NCBI GenBank assembly: GCA_963674965.2
Contig: CAXXFL010000001.1
Coordinates: 1,120,001 to 1,184,000 of the forward strand
Source of the DNA: a bacterium
GTDB lineage: Bacteria; RBG-13-61-14; DATKZS01
Direction of reading: 5' to 3'
DNA: 64,000 nt
This document shows positions 47,180 through 55,504 of this stretch, piece after piece (the first letter of the stretch is position 1; every line of letters begins with the position of its first letter). A program made the position numbers and the translations under genes. The notes beneath the pieces are model-generated. The model did not search any database and was not told the origin of the DNA. It worked only from the letters and a program-made list of their open reading frames with translations.

Positions 47180-49294
47180 ATGATACCTTTCCTTTTCGCC
47201 GTTCACAGTCACCAGCCCGTGGGTAACTTCGGCCATGTCTTCGAAAAAGCTTATAACGACAGCTATATGCCTTTCCTGGAGACCATGGAAAAGAACCCTG
47301 AAATGAAATTTACACTTCATTACTCTGGGTGCCTTCTCGACTGGATCCAGGCCAATAGGCCCGAACATGTTCGGCTTCTCCAGAAAATGGTTTCCAGAGG
47401 TCAGGTCGAAATACTCGGCGGCGGTTATTACGAGCCAATCCTGACCTGTATTCCCCGCCGTGACGCCAAAGGCCAGATTTGCCTTTATCTTGACCACCTT
47501 GAAAAGCTCTTCGGCCAAAGGCCTCGGGGCATATGGCTTACTGAAAGAGTGTGGGACCCGGGACTTCCCGAGCTCCTTCACGACACGGGTGTCGAGTTCA
47601 CCCTGGTTGACGACTCTCATTTCCGCTTCGCCGGGATCGACATGGATGACGCCTGGGGGCCTTATATCGCCGAGACGGCCGGCAAATCGATCCTTGTCTT
47701 TCCTATCGACAAGGAATTGAGATATAAAATTCCTTTCCAGGAACCGTCCGCGTGCCTTGAATATCTTTTCCAGCGGGCAAGAAAAGACCCTGATTTCGTC
47801 GCCTGTTACGGCGATGACGGTGAGAAATTCGGCATTTGGCCGGATACCTACGAATGGGTCTTTGAAAAAGGTTGGCTTGACCGGTTCCTTGCCGAGATGT
47901 CTAACCAAAAAGACCGGATCGCCATGACTCACTTTGGGGATTACCTCTCAAATGCAAAACCCAGGGGAAGGGCATACATTCCGCCCGCCAGTTATGACGA
48001 AATGATGGAATGGGTACTGCCGCCCCATCTTGGCCTTCGCCTCGAAAAATATCTCCATGAGCTTAAATATTCCAATCGGGCCGGCGAGTTGGCGCCTTTT
48101 GTCAGAGGCGGCCACTGGGAGATGTTCCTGGCTAAGTACAATGAATCAAACCGCATGCAAAAAAGGATGCTGCTCGCCTCGAACGGGCTCGACTCGAAAA
48201 AGAGCATCCCCCTTTCGGCCCTGAAGTCCTTGTATCAGAGCCAGTGCAACTGCGCCTACTGGCATGGAGTGTTCGGTGGGCTTTACCTTAATTTCCTGCG
48301 CCACGCCATATATGAAAAAATCCTCGAGGCCGAGGAACTTGGCGGCCTCAATAAAAAACTTTGCCTCGAAAAAACGGATTACGACCTTGACGGCCTCGAA
48401 GAGATTCTAGTTACGTCGCCCCATATCAACGCCATAGTCAGTCCCGGGCTGGGAGGGTCTATCGTCTCCCTGGAAATTCCGGGAAAGCGCTTTTCGCTTT
48501 CGAACGTTATGGCCAGGAGAAAAGAGGCTTACCACTCTAAGTTATTGGAATCGCACAATACCTCGGTAAATCATGATGAGGCGGCCCCGGGCTGTAACGA
48601 GCCGGCGACCATTCACGAGATAGTTAAGGTAAAAGAAGAAGGACTGGAAAAGTTTCTCGTTTACGACCGTTTCCAAAGGCTTTGCCTGCAGGACCACTTA
48701 CTGCCCGCAGCTTTATCCTTGGAGGAGATCGAGTCAGAAAAAACCATTGAACTGGGATCCTTCGCCGGGAAGCCCTATGAACTGATAGATTCTGGCTCTG
48801 GAAAAATTTCGCTAAAAAGAACCGATTATTGTGGATCGGCGCCGTTTACCGTCTCCAAGAACTACCTGTTCCAGGATATAGTGTCCGGTTTTGACATAGA
48901 GTATAAACTTAAATCGGAGGGGCAGGGAAAGCTTAAAATTCGCTTTGCCGTTGAATGGAATCTTACGCTTTTAGATGGAAACAGCCCCGACCATTATTAT
49001 AGAATAGATGATATTGTACCGGAAGATTCGACCATGAGCGCCAGAGCAAAGCACACCGGGGCAACAAAGCTGGAGATGATAAATAAGCCCTTGGGCTTCC
49101 AGGTTGTGCTTATAAGCGAACAACCATGCGAATTATTTTACTTTCCCGTCGAGACCGTGTCTCAATCGGAGTCGGGATTCGAAAGGACTTATCAGGGATC
49201 TTGCATATGGCAAACCTGGGTAATTGATATCCCCCCCTCAGGTTCATGGTCTGGAAAATTACAAATAAGGTTTCAAGAGGATAGTATCATTTAA
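47180..49294 (+). CDS. GH57 alpha-amylase/4-alpha-glucanotransferase
   Basis: HSHQPVGNF, GGYYEPIL, WLTERVW, DDGEKFG.WP, SYDEM..W and QCNCAYWHGVFGGLYL motifs; RBS AAGGAGG. Confidence 0.93.
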   Translation: MIPFLFAVHSHQPVGNFGHVFEKAYNDSYMPFLETMEKNPEMKFTLHYSGCLLDWIQANRPEHVRLLQKMVSRGQVEILGGGYYEPILTCIPRRDAKGQICLYLDHLEKLFGQRPRGIWLTERVWDPGLPELLHDTGVEFTLVDDSHFRFAGIDMDDAWGPYIAETAGKSILVFPIDKELRYKIPFQEPSACLEYLFQRARKDPDFVACYGDDGEKFGIWPDTYEWVFEKGWLDRFLAEMSNQKDRIAMTHFGDYLSNAKPRGRAYIPPASYDEMMEWVLPPHLGLRLEKYLHELKYSNRAGELAPFVRGGHWEMFLAKYNESNRMQKRMLLASNGLDSKKSIPLSALKSLYQSQCNCAYWHGVFGGLYLNFLRHAIYEKILEAEELGGLNKKLCLEKTDYDLDGLEEILVTSPHINAIVSPGLGGSIVSLEIPGKRFSLSNVMARRKEAYHSKLLESHNTSVNHDEAAPGCNEPATIHEIVKVKEEGLEKFLVYDRFQRLCLQDHLLPAALSLEEIESEKTIELGSFAGKPYELIDSGSGKISLKRTDYCGSAPFTVSKNYLFQDIVSGFDIEYKLKSEGQGKLKIRFAVEWNLTLLDGNSPDHYYRIDDIVPEDSTMSARAKHTGATKLEMINKPLGFQVVLISEQPCELFYFPVETVSQSESGFERTYQGSCIWQTWVIDIPPSGSWSGKLQIRFQEDSII

Positions 49295-49395
49295 TTAAAC
49301 GGAGTGTATTAAATTTACAGTGTTTATAATAAACACTGTAAATTAGATTTACTGATTGTGATTGTAAAATATACTGCCCTTACTCATAACGGCCA

Positions 49396-49881
49396 TCAGG
49401 AGCGAAGATACCTGTATAATGCCTCGGCCACGCAAGCCGGTTTTTCCTGGCCCTCAACCTCGAAAACCAATTTCCATACCGTGGACAGGCCGCCTTTTAT
49501 CTCCTCCACCGAATAGAGCCAAGCCCTCATGCGAACCTTTGCTCCAACTGGAAGAGGCGCGGGAAAACGGAGCTTGTTAAGTCCATAATTGATCGTCATC
49601 TTCTTATCGAGCACTTCGAGTATCTCCGACCTCAAACGCGGAGCAAGACTTAAAGTAAAATAACCATGGGCGATCGTGCCGCCATATGGCGATTCGGTTT
49701 TAGATCTCTCCGGGTCAGTGTGAATCCACTGATGGTCGCCGGTGGCCCTGGCAAACAGGTCCACGTCCTCCTGCGTCACCTGGACCCAATCGCTGACCCC
49801 GACCTCTCTCCCGATAAAATCCTTGAGATCGTCAACTTTGTCGATGATAACCTTGGGCATTTTTTCTCCCGTCGCCTCCAT
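49396..49881 (-). CDS. MaoC-family (R)-hydratase/dehydratase
   Basis: FARATGDHQWIHTDPE, TIAHG and NYGLNKLRFPAP motifs. Confidence 0.93.
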   Translation of the reverse strand: MEATGEKMPKVIIDKVDDLKDFIGREVGVSDWVQVTQEDVDLFARATGDHQWIHTDPERSKTESPYGGTIAHGYFTLSLAPRLRSEILEVLDKKMTINYGLNKLRFPAPLPVGAKVRMRAWLYSVEEIKGGLSTVWKLVFEVEGQEKPACVAEALYRYLRS

Positions 49882-49891
49882 GTAGGTTCCC

Positions 49892-50749
49892 TCAGGCGGG
49901 CGCCTTTTTTTCCGCGATGTGGTCCTGGGCCTCGGTATAGGTAAGAAGGACGACGCCGACGACTATTATACCCACGCCCAGGTACTGAAGAGGTTTCAGT
50001 ATGGTGCCGAAGGTGAAATAATCGAGCACAACGGGGCAAAGTATCATGAAGGAATTGATAGTCGGCACCACGATCATGGCCGGCGCTCTCCAGAAGGCAA
50101 ACTGGGTAATGGTCAGCGCCGCGATGCCCAAAATGATTGCGGCGTAAGGATAAGGATTTTTCAACTGTCCCAGAAAATTGTCCTTGGCCTCGACCAGGGC
50201 CATATCGCCCAGGATGAGACAAATGCCTAAAATCACTCCCGCGGCCGCGCCAAAGGCCAGGCCATGAAATCGCTTGGCCCGCCAGGCGTACGCGGCTGGT
50301 GGACCGAAAATGACTACCATAATAATTGACGAGAACAGGAATCTTGAAAGGGAAAAGGCCTGGCCCTTTTCCGGGGGCTGATCGAAATAGCCCATAACCG
50401 TGGTGCCAAGCAGAACGCAAAGGGCCCCGCCAATCTCCTGAAAACCTATCTTCTCCTTCAAAACCAGCCAGGCGAAAATGACAAGGCCTATCATGCCGAC
50501 ACCGTTTAACGAGCTGACCATGGATGGCTTGTCCGTGTATTTCAAGGCCAGAGAGTAGATGACCGTGCATGACGCGGTAAGGCCAAAGCCGAGGAGCCAG
50601 ATGAAAAAGTCCCTCCTGTGCTCGGGCGCAAGTACGGCCCTTCCATTACCGAGTACTTTAACCTTCCATTTCTGGATCGCCTTGCCCACGTTCAAATTGG
50701 TGGAGGCTATTATCGCCAGTAAAACTCCAAGCCACATCTCGGGTTTCAT
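49892..50749 (-). CDS. DMT-superfamily (NIPA-like) membrane transporter
   Basis: About 9 TM helices; N.GKAIQK and LKEKIG patterns. Confidence 0.7.
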   Translation of the reverse strand: MKPEMWLGVLLAIIASTNLNVGKAIQKWKVKVLGNGRAVLAPEHRRDFFIWLLGFGLTASCTVIYSLALKYTDKPSMVSSLNGVGMIGLVIFAWLVLKEKIGFQEIGGALCVLLGTTVMGYFDQPPEKGQAFSLSRFLFSSIIMVVIFGPPAAYAWRAKRFHGLAFGAAAGVILGICLILGDMALVEAKDNFLGQLKNPYPYAAIILGIAALTITQFAFWRAPAMIVVPTINSFMILCPVVLDYFTFGTILKPLQYLGVGIIVVGVVLLTYTEAQDHIAEKKAPA

Positions 50750-50794
50750 GAAATCTCCTTTTATAAATATACTGCTCGCCGCGACAATGGCGGA

Positions 50795-51061
50795 TCAGGA
50801 GTTATGTTGACCAAGCCTTTGCGCCCAGGCGGAAATGGACTCGTTCAGCCCATCAATCGCGGGCTGATCGTGAATTGCAAGAGAATAAGCGTAATCGGAT
50901 AAATCCAAGCTTAAAAATTCTCTCAACTCATCGGCAAGTTCAGGAAGATATCCATCGGCTTCGGCTAAGATAGGCCGAAGCTCCCTGGCCAGTTCGGAAG
51001 GACTAATATCTTTCCTGGCGGCCTTTGTAAATAACTCCCGCGCATTCTCAATCCAAACCAC
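50795..51061 (-). CDS. Hypothetical protein
   Basis: 88-aa helical ORF, AAAGGAG upstream of GTG. Confidence 0.5.
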   Translation of the reverse strand: MVWIENARELFTKAARKDISPSELARELRPILAEADGYLPELADELREFLSLDLSDYAYSLAIHDQPAIDGLNESISAWAQRLGQHNS

Positions 51062-51242
51062 TTGAAATAATTCTCCTTTGATTAGTCCAATACTTTATTT
51101 CAACGAATATTTATTATATCAAATTGTAAATGTCAATTTGTTTTCTTGCTCGATGAGGCGCTTACGAACCCGCAATCTTCAGGCCAACCTCTACCGCTGG
51201 TCGCTAAGAAATGGAAACATAAAAACATTCGAGAGGCTCTCT

Positions 51243-51917
51243 CTATAGTATCTCAGATTTGAGCCGTTCGTATTCCTCCTTTGTAATAGCGCCCGACTCC
51301 TTAAGGCGAGAGAGCTCGGACAGTTTGGAGATCTTGTCAAAGACGCTAGTGGAATGAGTCCCCTTGGATGGAAAAAAACTCCTGCTATTCGCGTTGGAAC
51401 CAGCCTTTTGCGCGTCGGCCCGAGAATCATGACCGCCAATCCGAGCGGCTTCCGACCTTCCGCTCCAGTCGATCGCAAGATTGTGTATGTCGGTGTAATC
51501 CACCATTACGGGAATCCATCTTCCAGGCGTCGCCATTCCAAGGGCCGCGCGAGGAACGATCTGCTTTTTCTCCGTCACGTATGGCGCCTCACCCTCAAAA
51601 TTAACCTCAAGGGTAAAAACATAGACGGGGTTCTCAATGGCGCCATAGGAGATCGTTGTGCCAGTATCAACAATGGACTTGATCATGGCCATGGCGGGAC
51701 GACCGTTGGAGAGCAGTTTTGCATCCGCCTCCATTTCGCCTCCAATATTTGAAAACACCAACCCCATAATCAGCATTACCAGGCCAAAGAACGCTCCCAT
51801 CCCCAACCCGAACCAATCCACCGGTTCGAGCGAGACCCATAAATAATAGACCACCGCCGCGCTGGAGCCAATGGCTAAAAGTCCTCCAATAAATACGACC
51901 CTGCCAACGCTTTTCAT
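51243..51917 (-). CDS. SHOCT-domain membrane protein
   Basis: Two TMs, OB-like middle region, C-terminal ISKLSELSRLKESGAITKEEYERLKSEIL (SHOCT). Confidence 0.85.
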   Translation of the reverse strand: MKSVGRVVFIGGLLAIGSSAAVVYYLWVSLEPVDWFGLGMGAFFGLVMLIMGLVFSNIGGEMEADAKLLSNGRPAMAMIKSIVDTGTTISYGAIENPVYVFTLEVNFEGEAPYVTEKKQIVPRAALGMATPGRWIPVMVDYTDIHNLAIDWSGRSEAARIGGHDSRADAQKAGSNANSRSFFPSKGTHSTSVFDKISKLSELSRLKESGAITKEEYERLKSEIL

Positions 51918-52142
51918 AATGATTCCCCTCTCTCGTTCGCGAAAGGCAAAACCGATCCCGTCCGCTGAAACCATATTGTATTAAGAAGGACATGTCAATA
52001 GATCCCTCTTGCCGATTGTCAGTCCAGATATGCAAGCAGCAAAAATATTAAGGTTAAAAACAGTCGAATAATTATTGCCATCTTCACGGCTGAAGGCCTG
52101 AAAAGAAAACGAAGCTAGATATAATTTCGAACGCATGGTAAA

Positions 52143-53051
52143 ATGTATCGTCTAATAGAACAGGAAAAAAACCTCACCATATTTTCGTCTCAGTGGGAAA
52201 GGAAAAATCTTTTGGGAAAGAAAAGAAAAGTCGACTCCAAGGAGATCGGACTTGGCATAGCGCTGATCTTCGGAAAATACCTACTTCGAACGGAACATCT
52301 CCATTACGGTTACTGGTCCGACGGCGTGGAAGTACACTATCTTAACCTCTCCGACGCTCAGGAAAAATACTGCGAATTCCTGGCCTCGAAAATTCCGGAG
52401 GGTACAAAAACCATCCTCGACGTCGGATGCGGGGCCGGGTCATTTGCTCTTAAGCTTATTTCTCTTGGCTACGAGGTCGATTGCGTGTCTCCGCCGGGAC
52501 TTCTGACTGAAAGGGCCAGGGAAGTCCTCGAGGGAAAAAGCAGCGTTACCATCTCAGGCTTCGAGGAATTTTCCACCGACAAACGCTATGACCTGGTGCT
52601 TTTCAGTGAAAGCTTCCAATATGTCAAAATAAAACAGGCGCTTAAAAAATGTCTCGATCTGCTTAATAAAGACGGGCACATCCTGATTTGCGACTTTTTC
52701 AGGAGAGCGAACACTCCAAAAGGATTGTTGGGTGGAGGGCACAAGATTGAATTGTTTGAAAAAGCCATTTCCAAATTTCCCCTGGAAAACCTTATCGATA
52801 TCGACATTACGGAACATACGGCGCCTAACATCGACATATATAACGACTTTCTTATCAAAGTCGCCAAGCCGCTCATGGAACTCCTGCTTTACTATCTCGA
52901 GTATAACCGGCCATTAATGCATCGAATTATCAACTGGAAGTTCAGCCGGATTTTCGATAAGGTCAGCGTGAAATACTTTTCCAACGACCGAAACTCGGAC
53001 GAGTTTAAAACGCATAAAATCTATAAATGCCTCCTTTACCGAAGGACCTGA
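52143..53051 (+). CDS. Class I SAM-dependent methyltransferase
   Basis: LHYGYW, AQE.Y, ILDVGCGAG and FSESFQY motifs. Confidence 0.88.
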   Translation: MYRLIEQEKNLTIFSSQWERKNLLGKKRKVDSKEIGLGIALIFGKYLLRTEHLHYGYWSDGVEVHYLNLSDAQEKYCEFLASKIPEGTKTILDVGCGAGSFALKLISLGYEVDCVSPPGLLTERAREVLEGKSSVTISGFEEFSTDKRYDLVLFSESFQYVKIKQALKKCLDLLNKDGHILICDFFRRANTPKGLLGGGHKIELFEKAISKFPLENLIDIDITEHTAPNIDIYNDFLIKVAKPLMELLLYYLEYNRPLMHRIINWKFSRIFDKVSVKYFSNDRNSDEFKTHKIYKCLLYRRT

Positions 53052-53150
53052 AGACAATCAAATTGGCATAGCGATAGCTTTTATAAAGGTCTTTTCCAAT
53101 CCCTTTTCTTGCCCGAGCGGACTTTATCCGGATCGCGTCTGGAATTTCTC

Positions 53151-53179
53151 TTGACGCGCGAATTATTCCGTACTAAAAG
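53151..53179 (+). promoter_or_regulatory. Putative host sigma70 promoter upstream of the IS insertion site
   Basis: TTGACG-17 nt-TAAAAG. Confidence 0.4.
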
Positions 53180-53222
53180 TATAGCCTCTATCGTGAAAAG
53201 GAGATGGTATGAATGAAGAGTT

Positions 53223-53417
53223 TTGAGGTGGTAAATACTTCAACTAGGTTAGGAATGATCTATTGGAGTAGGCGGGTCGTGGGCTGGATCGTTTTCGTGA
53301 GGCTTATGACCTCGTAAAGGAGATTAGTCAGCCCCGCGACTGGAGCGCCACCGTAAGGCTAGACCTTGTATAGGAGTTTGGCGGCCCCTCAAAGCGTGTC
53401 TACTCCGACCTTAGATC
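53223..53417 (+). ncRNA. Candidate IS110 bridge RNA
   Basis: 5' hairpin TTGAGGT..ACTTCAA; enclosing stem GATCTATTGGAGTAGGC/GTCTACTCCGA..TAGATC; two internal stem-loops containing AAAGGAG (53316-53322) and ATAGGAG (53370-53376). Confidence 0.7.
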
Positions 53418-53445
53418 AAATTTATTTCTAGGGAGGAGTAAGGAA

Positions 53446-54462
53446 ATGGGAAGGTACATTGGAATCGATCTGCACAGGAATTGTTTCACCTCTTGCGTCC
53501 TGGCCGAGAACGGACGGAACTATCTCAAGGACTGGCGTCTCGAGGATTTGGAGAAGTTTTGCTCGACGCTTCGCGAGTCCGACGAGATCGCGGTTGAGGT
53601 CACGGGCAACGTCCGCCTTTTTTACGACGCCGTTCGCGGCCTCGTTTCCCGCGTCGTGGTTGTCAACCCTCGCCAGTTCAAGGTCATCAGCGAGTCGGTC
53701 AACAAAACGGACGGCAACGACGCCAGACGCCTTGCCCTGTTTTTGTCCAAGGGCCTTTTGCCGGAGGTGAGGATGCCGAACAAGGAACACGCTCAGGTTA
53801 AAAGCCTCACTCAAAGCCGGGACAAGCTGGTGAAGCTTCGCACGGCCTTGAAGAACAAGATCAACAACATCTGCTCGGCCCACGGCATCAACCTGAAGAA
53901 GGAATATCTTTCCAGCGAGAAGGGCCTTGAGACGGTGCAGGAGATACCTTTCGACCCCATGGTCAAGACCGAGGTCCGCGTCCTGGTGGAGCAGATTCGG
54001 GGCTTGAACGCCGGGGTCAAGGAGCTTGAGGCCGCCATCAAGGACTCGGGCAATCAGCTTCCCGGTCACAAGAATTTGAAGAGCATAAAGGGTATCGGGG
54101 ACCTTGGCTCGGCCATACTTTTGTCGGTGATCGTTGACGTCAAGGACTTCCCCGACGAGGGCAAGCTGGCCTCCTACTTCGGCATCGTCCCCCGGGTTAG
54201 CAACTCGAACGAGACCAGCCGCTCGGGCCGGATCACGAAGCGGGGCAACAAACTCGGCCGCACTACCCTGGTCCAATGCGCCCTCATCGCCAAGCGTTAC
54301 AGCCCTTATTTGTCGAGCTTCTACGAGCGTATCAAGGCCAGGCGCGGCGCGGGCAAGGCCATCATCGCACTGGCTCGCAAATTTTTGAAGATCATTTACA
54401 TCACTTTACAGGAAAACTTGATTTGGGAGGACTTCCCGAACGGAGTAATAGCGAAAGGCTGA
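53446..54462 (+). CDS. IS110-family DEDD transposase/bridge recombinase
   Basis: YIGIDLH (D), AVEVTG (E), KTDGNDA (DD); C-terminal SIKGIG, LASYFGIVP..SNS (Ser), GRITKRGN and IIALARK motifs. Confidence 0.96.
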   Translation: MGRYIGIDLHRNCFTSCVLAENGRNYLKDWRLEDLEKFCSTLRESDEIAVEVTGNVRLFYDAVRGLVSRVVVVNPRQFKVISESVNKTDGNDARRLALFLSKGLLPEVRMPNKEHAQVKSLTQSRDKLVKLRTALKNKINNICSAHGINLKKEYLSSEKGLETVQEIPFDPMVKTEVRVLVEQIRGLNAGVKELEAAIKDSGNQLPGHKNLKSIKGIGDLGSAILLSVIVDVKDFPDEGKLASYFGIVPRVSNSNETSRSGRITKRGNKLGRTTLVQCALIAKRYSPYLSSFYERIKARRGAGKAIIALARKFLKIIYITLQENLIWEDFPNGVIAKG

Positions 54463-54523
54463 GTTTGTAAAATAATTCAGCTAATTTAAAAGGTTGGGTA
54501 GACAACCATCATAGGAGGAAGCC

Positions 54524-55360
54524 ATGAAAAACCGGCTTACCGAGCTTCTTAAAATAGAGTATCCCATCATCCAGGGCGGGATGATGGAGATTTCCCGCGC
54601 CAGACTGGTGGCGGCGGTATCCAACGCGGGCGGCATGGGTACCCTCGGCCAGAGGATGGACCTTGCCGCTTGGCGGGACGAGGTCAAGAAAACCAGGGAC
54701 CTTACCGATAAACCCTTCGCCATAAACCTTCCCATGCATGTGCCCGACCTCGACAAAAGGCTCGATATCATCAAGGAAGAAGGCGTCAAAGTCGTGGCCA
54801 CCGCCGCCGGAAACCCGGCCCGAGTAATCGGCGAGCTAAAAGATGCCGGAGTCACGGTCATCCACGTGGTGGGGTCGGCGGCCCAGGCCGTCAAGGTCGA
54901 GGCCGCCGGGGTCGAGGCCGTGGTGGCGGAGGGCGGCGAAAGCGGCGGCATGGTGGGCAAAGACAGGGTCTCGACCATCGTCCTTGCCCCCGAGGCCGTT
55001 GACGCGGTCAAGATACCGGTTGTCGCCGCCGGCGGTCTTTGCGACGCAAGAGGACTCGTGGCGGCCCTGGCTCTCGGGGCCCAGGGCGTGCAGCTCGGCA
55101 CCAGGTTTGTCGCCTGCCTCGAGTGCGACGCGCCTCAAAAATGGAAAGACGCCATTATAAAGGCCAGGGACACCGATACTCATATCGTTCCACGAGGCAA
55201 GGCCCAGGCCAGGATGCTCAAGGACGAGGTAGAAAAAGGAGCCATGGCCGGCATCGTTGCGGCCAGGATCGATAAAATCGAAACGGTCGAATCTATCATA
55301 CATGAAATGGTGTCGGAGGCCGAACAAGTTCTTGCCCGCATAAAGGAGCAGATTTTGTAA
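54524..55360 (+). CDS. Nitronate monooxygenase / FabK-like flavin oxidoreductase
   Basis: YPIIQGGM, AAVSNAGG.G, VAEGGESGG, PVVAAGG..D.RG and GVQLGTRF motifs. Confidence 0.9.
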   Translation: MKNRLTELLKIEYPIIQGGMMEISRARLVAAVSNAGGMGTLGQRMDLAAWRDEVKKTRDLTDKPFAINLPMHVPDLDKRLDIIKEEGVKVVATAAGNPARVIGELKDAGVTVIHVVGSAAQAVKVEAAGVEAVVAEGGESGGMVGKDRVSTIVLAPEAVDAVKIPVVAAGGLCDARGLVAALALGAQGVQLGTRFVACLECDAPQKWKDAIIKARDTDTHIVPRGKAQARMLKDEVEKGAMAGIVAARIDKIETVESIIHEMVSEAEQVLARIKEQIL

Positions 55361-55504
55361 GAAACCGTGCTATAATCGGGTCGATTGCCTATGGCGGCGC
55401 TTACCGCCTTTTAAGCGGCCGGCGCCCAAACGACTCCAGCGGGAACGGTCTTTTGGCTTCTGGCCGGAAACTCATTTCAACGTCTTTACCTACAGGGGAG
55501 AACC

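Larger units (their letters stand above)
53199..54517 (+). mobile_element. IS110-family insertion sequence (~1.31 kb) bounded by AGGAG at both ends
   Basis: AGGAG at 53199-53203 and 54513-54517; subterminal inverted repeats GATGGT (53203-53208) and ACCATC (54505-54510); long non-coding left end and short right end; transposase inside. Confidence 0.85.

Noticed and set aside
53063-53079. Sigma54-like TTGGCA-N-TAGC site
   Set aside because: The -12 element is imperfect and there is no supporting context.
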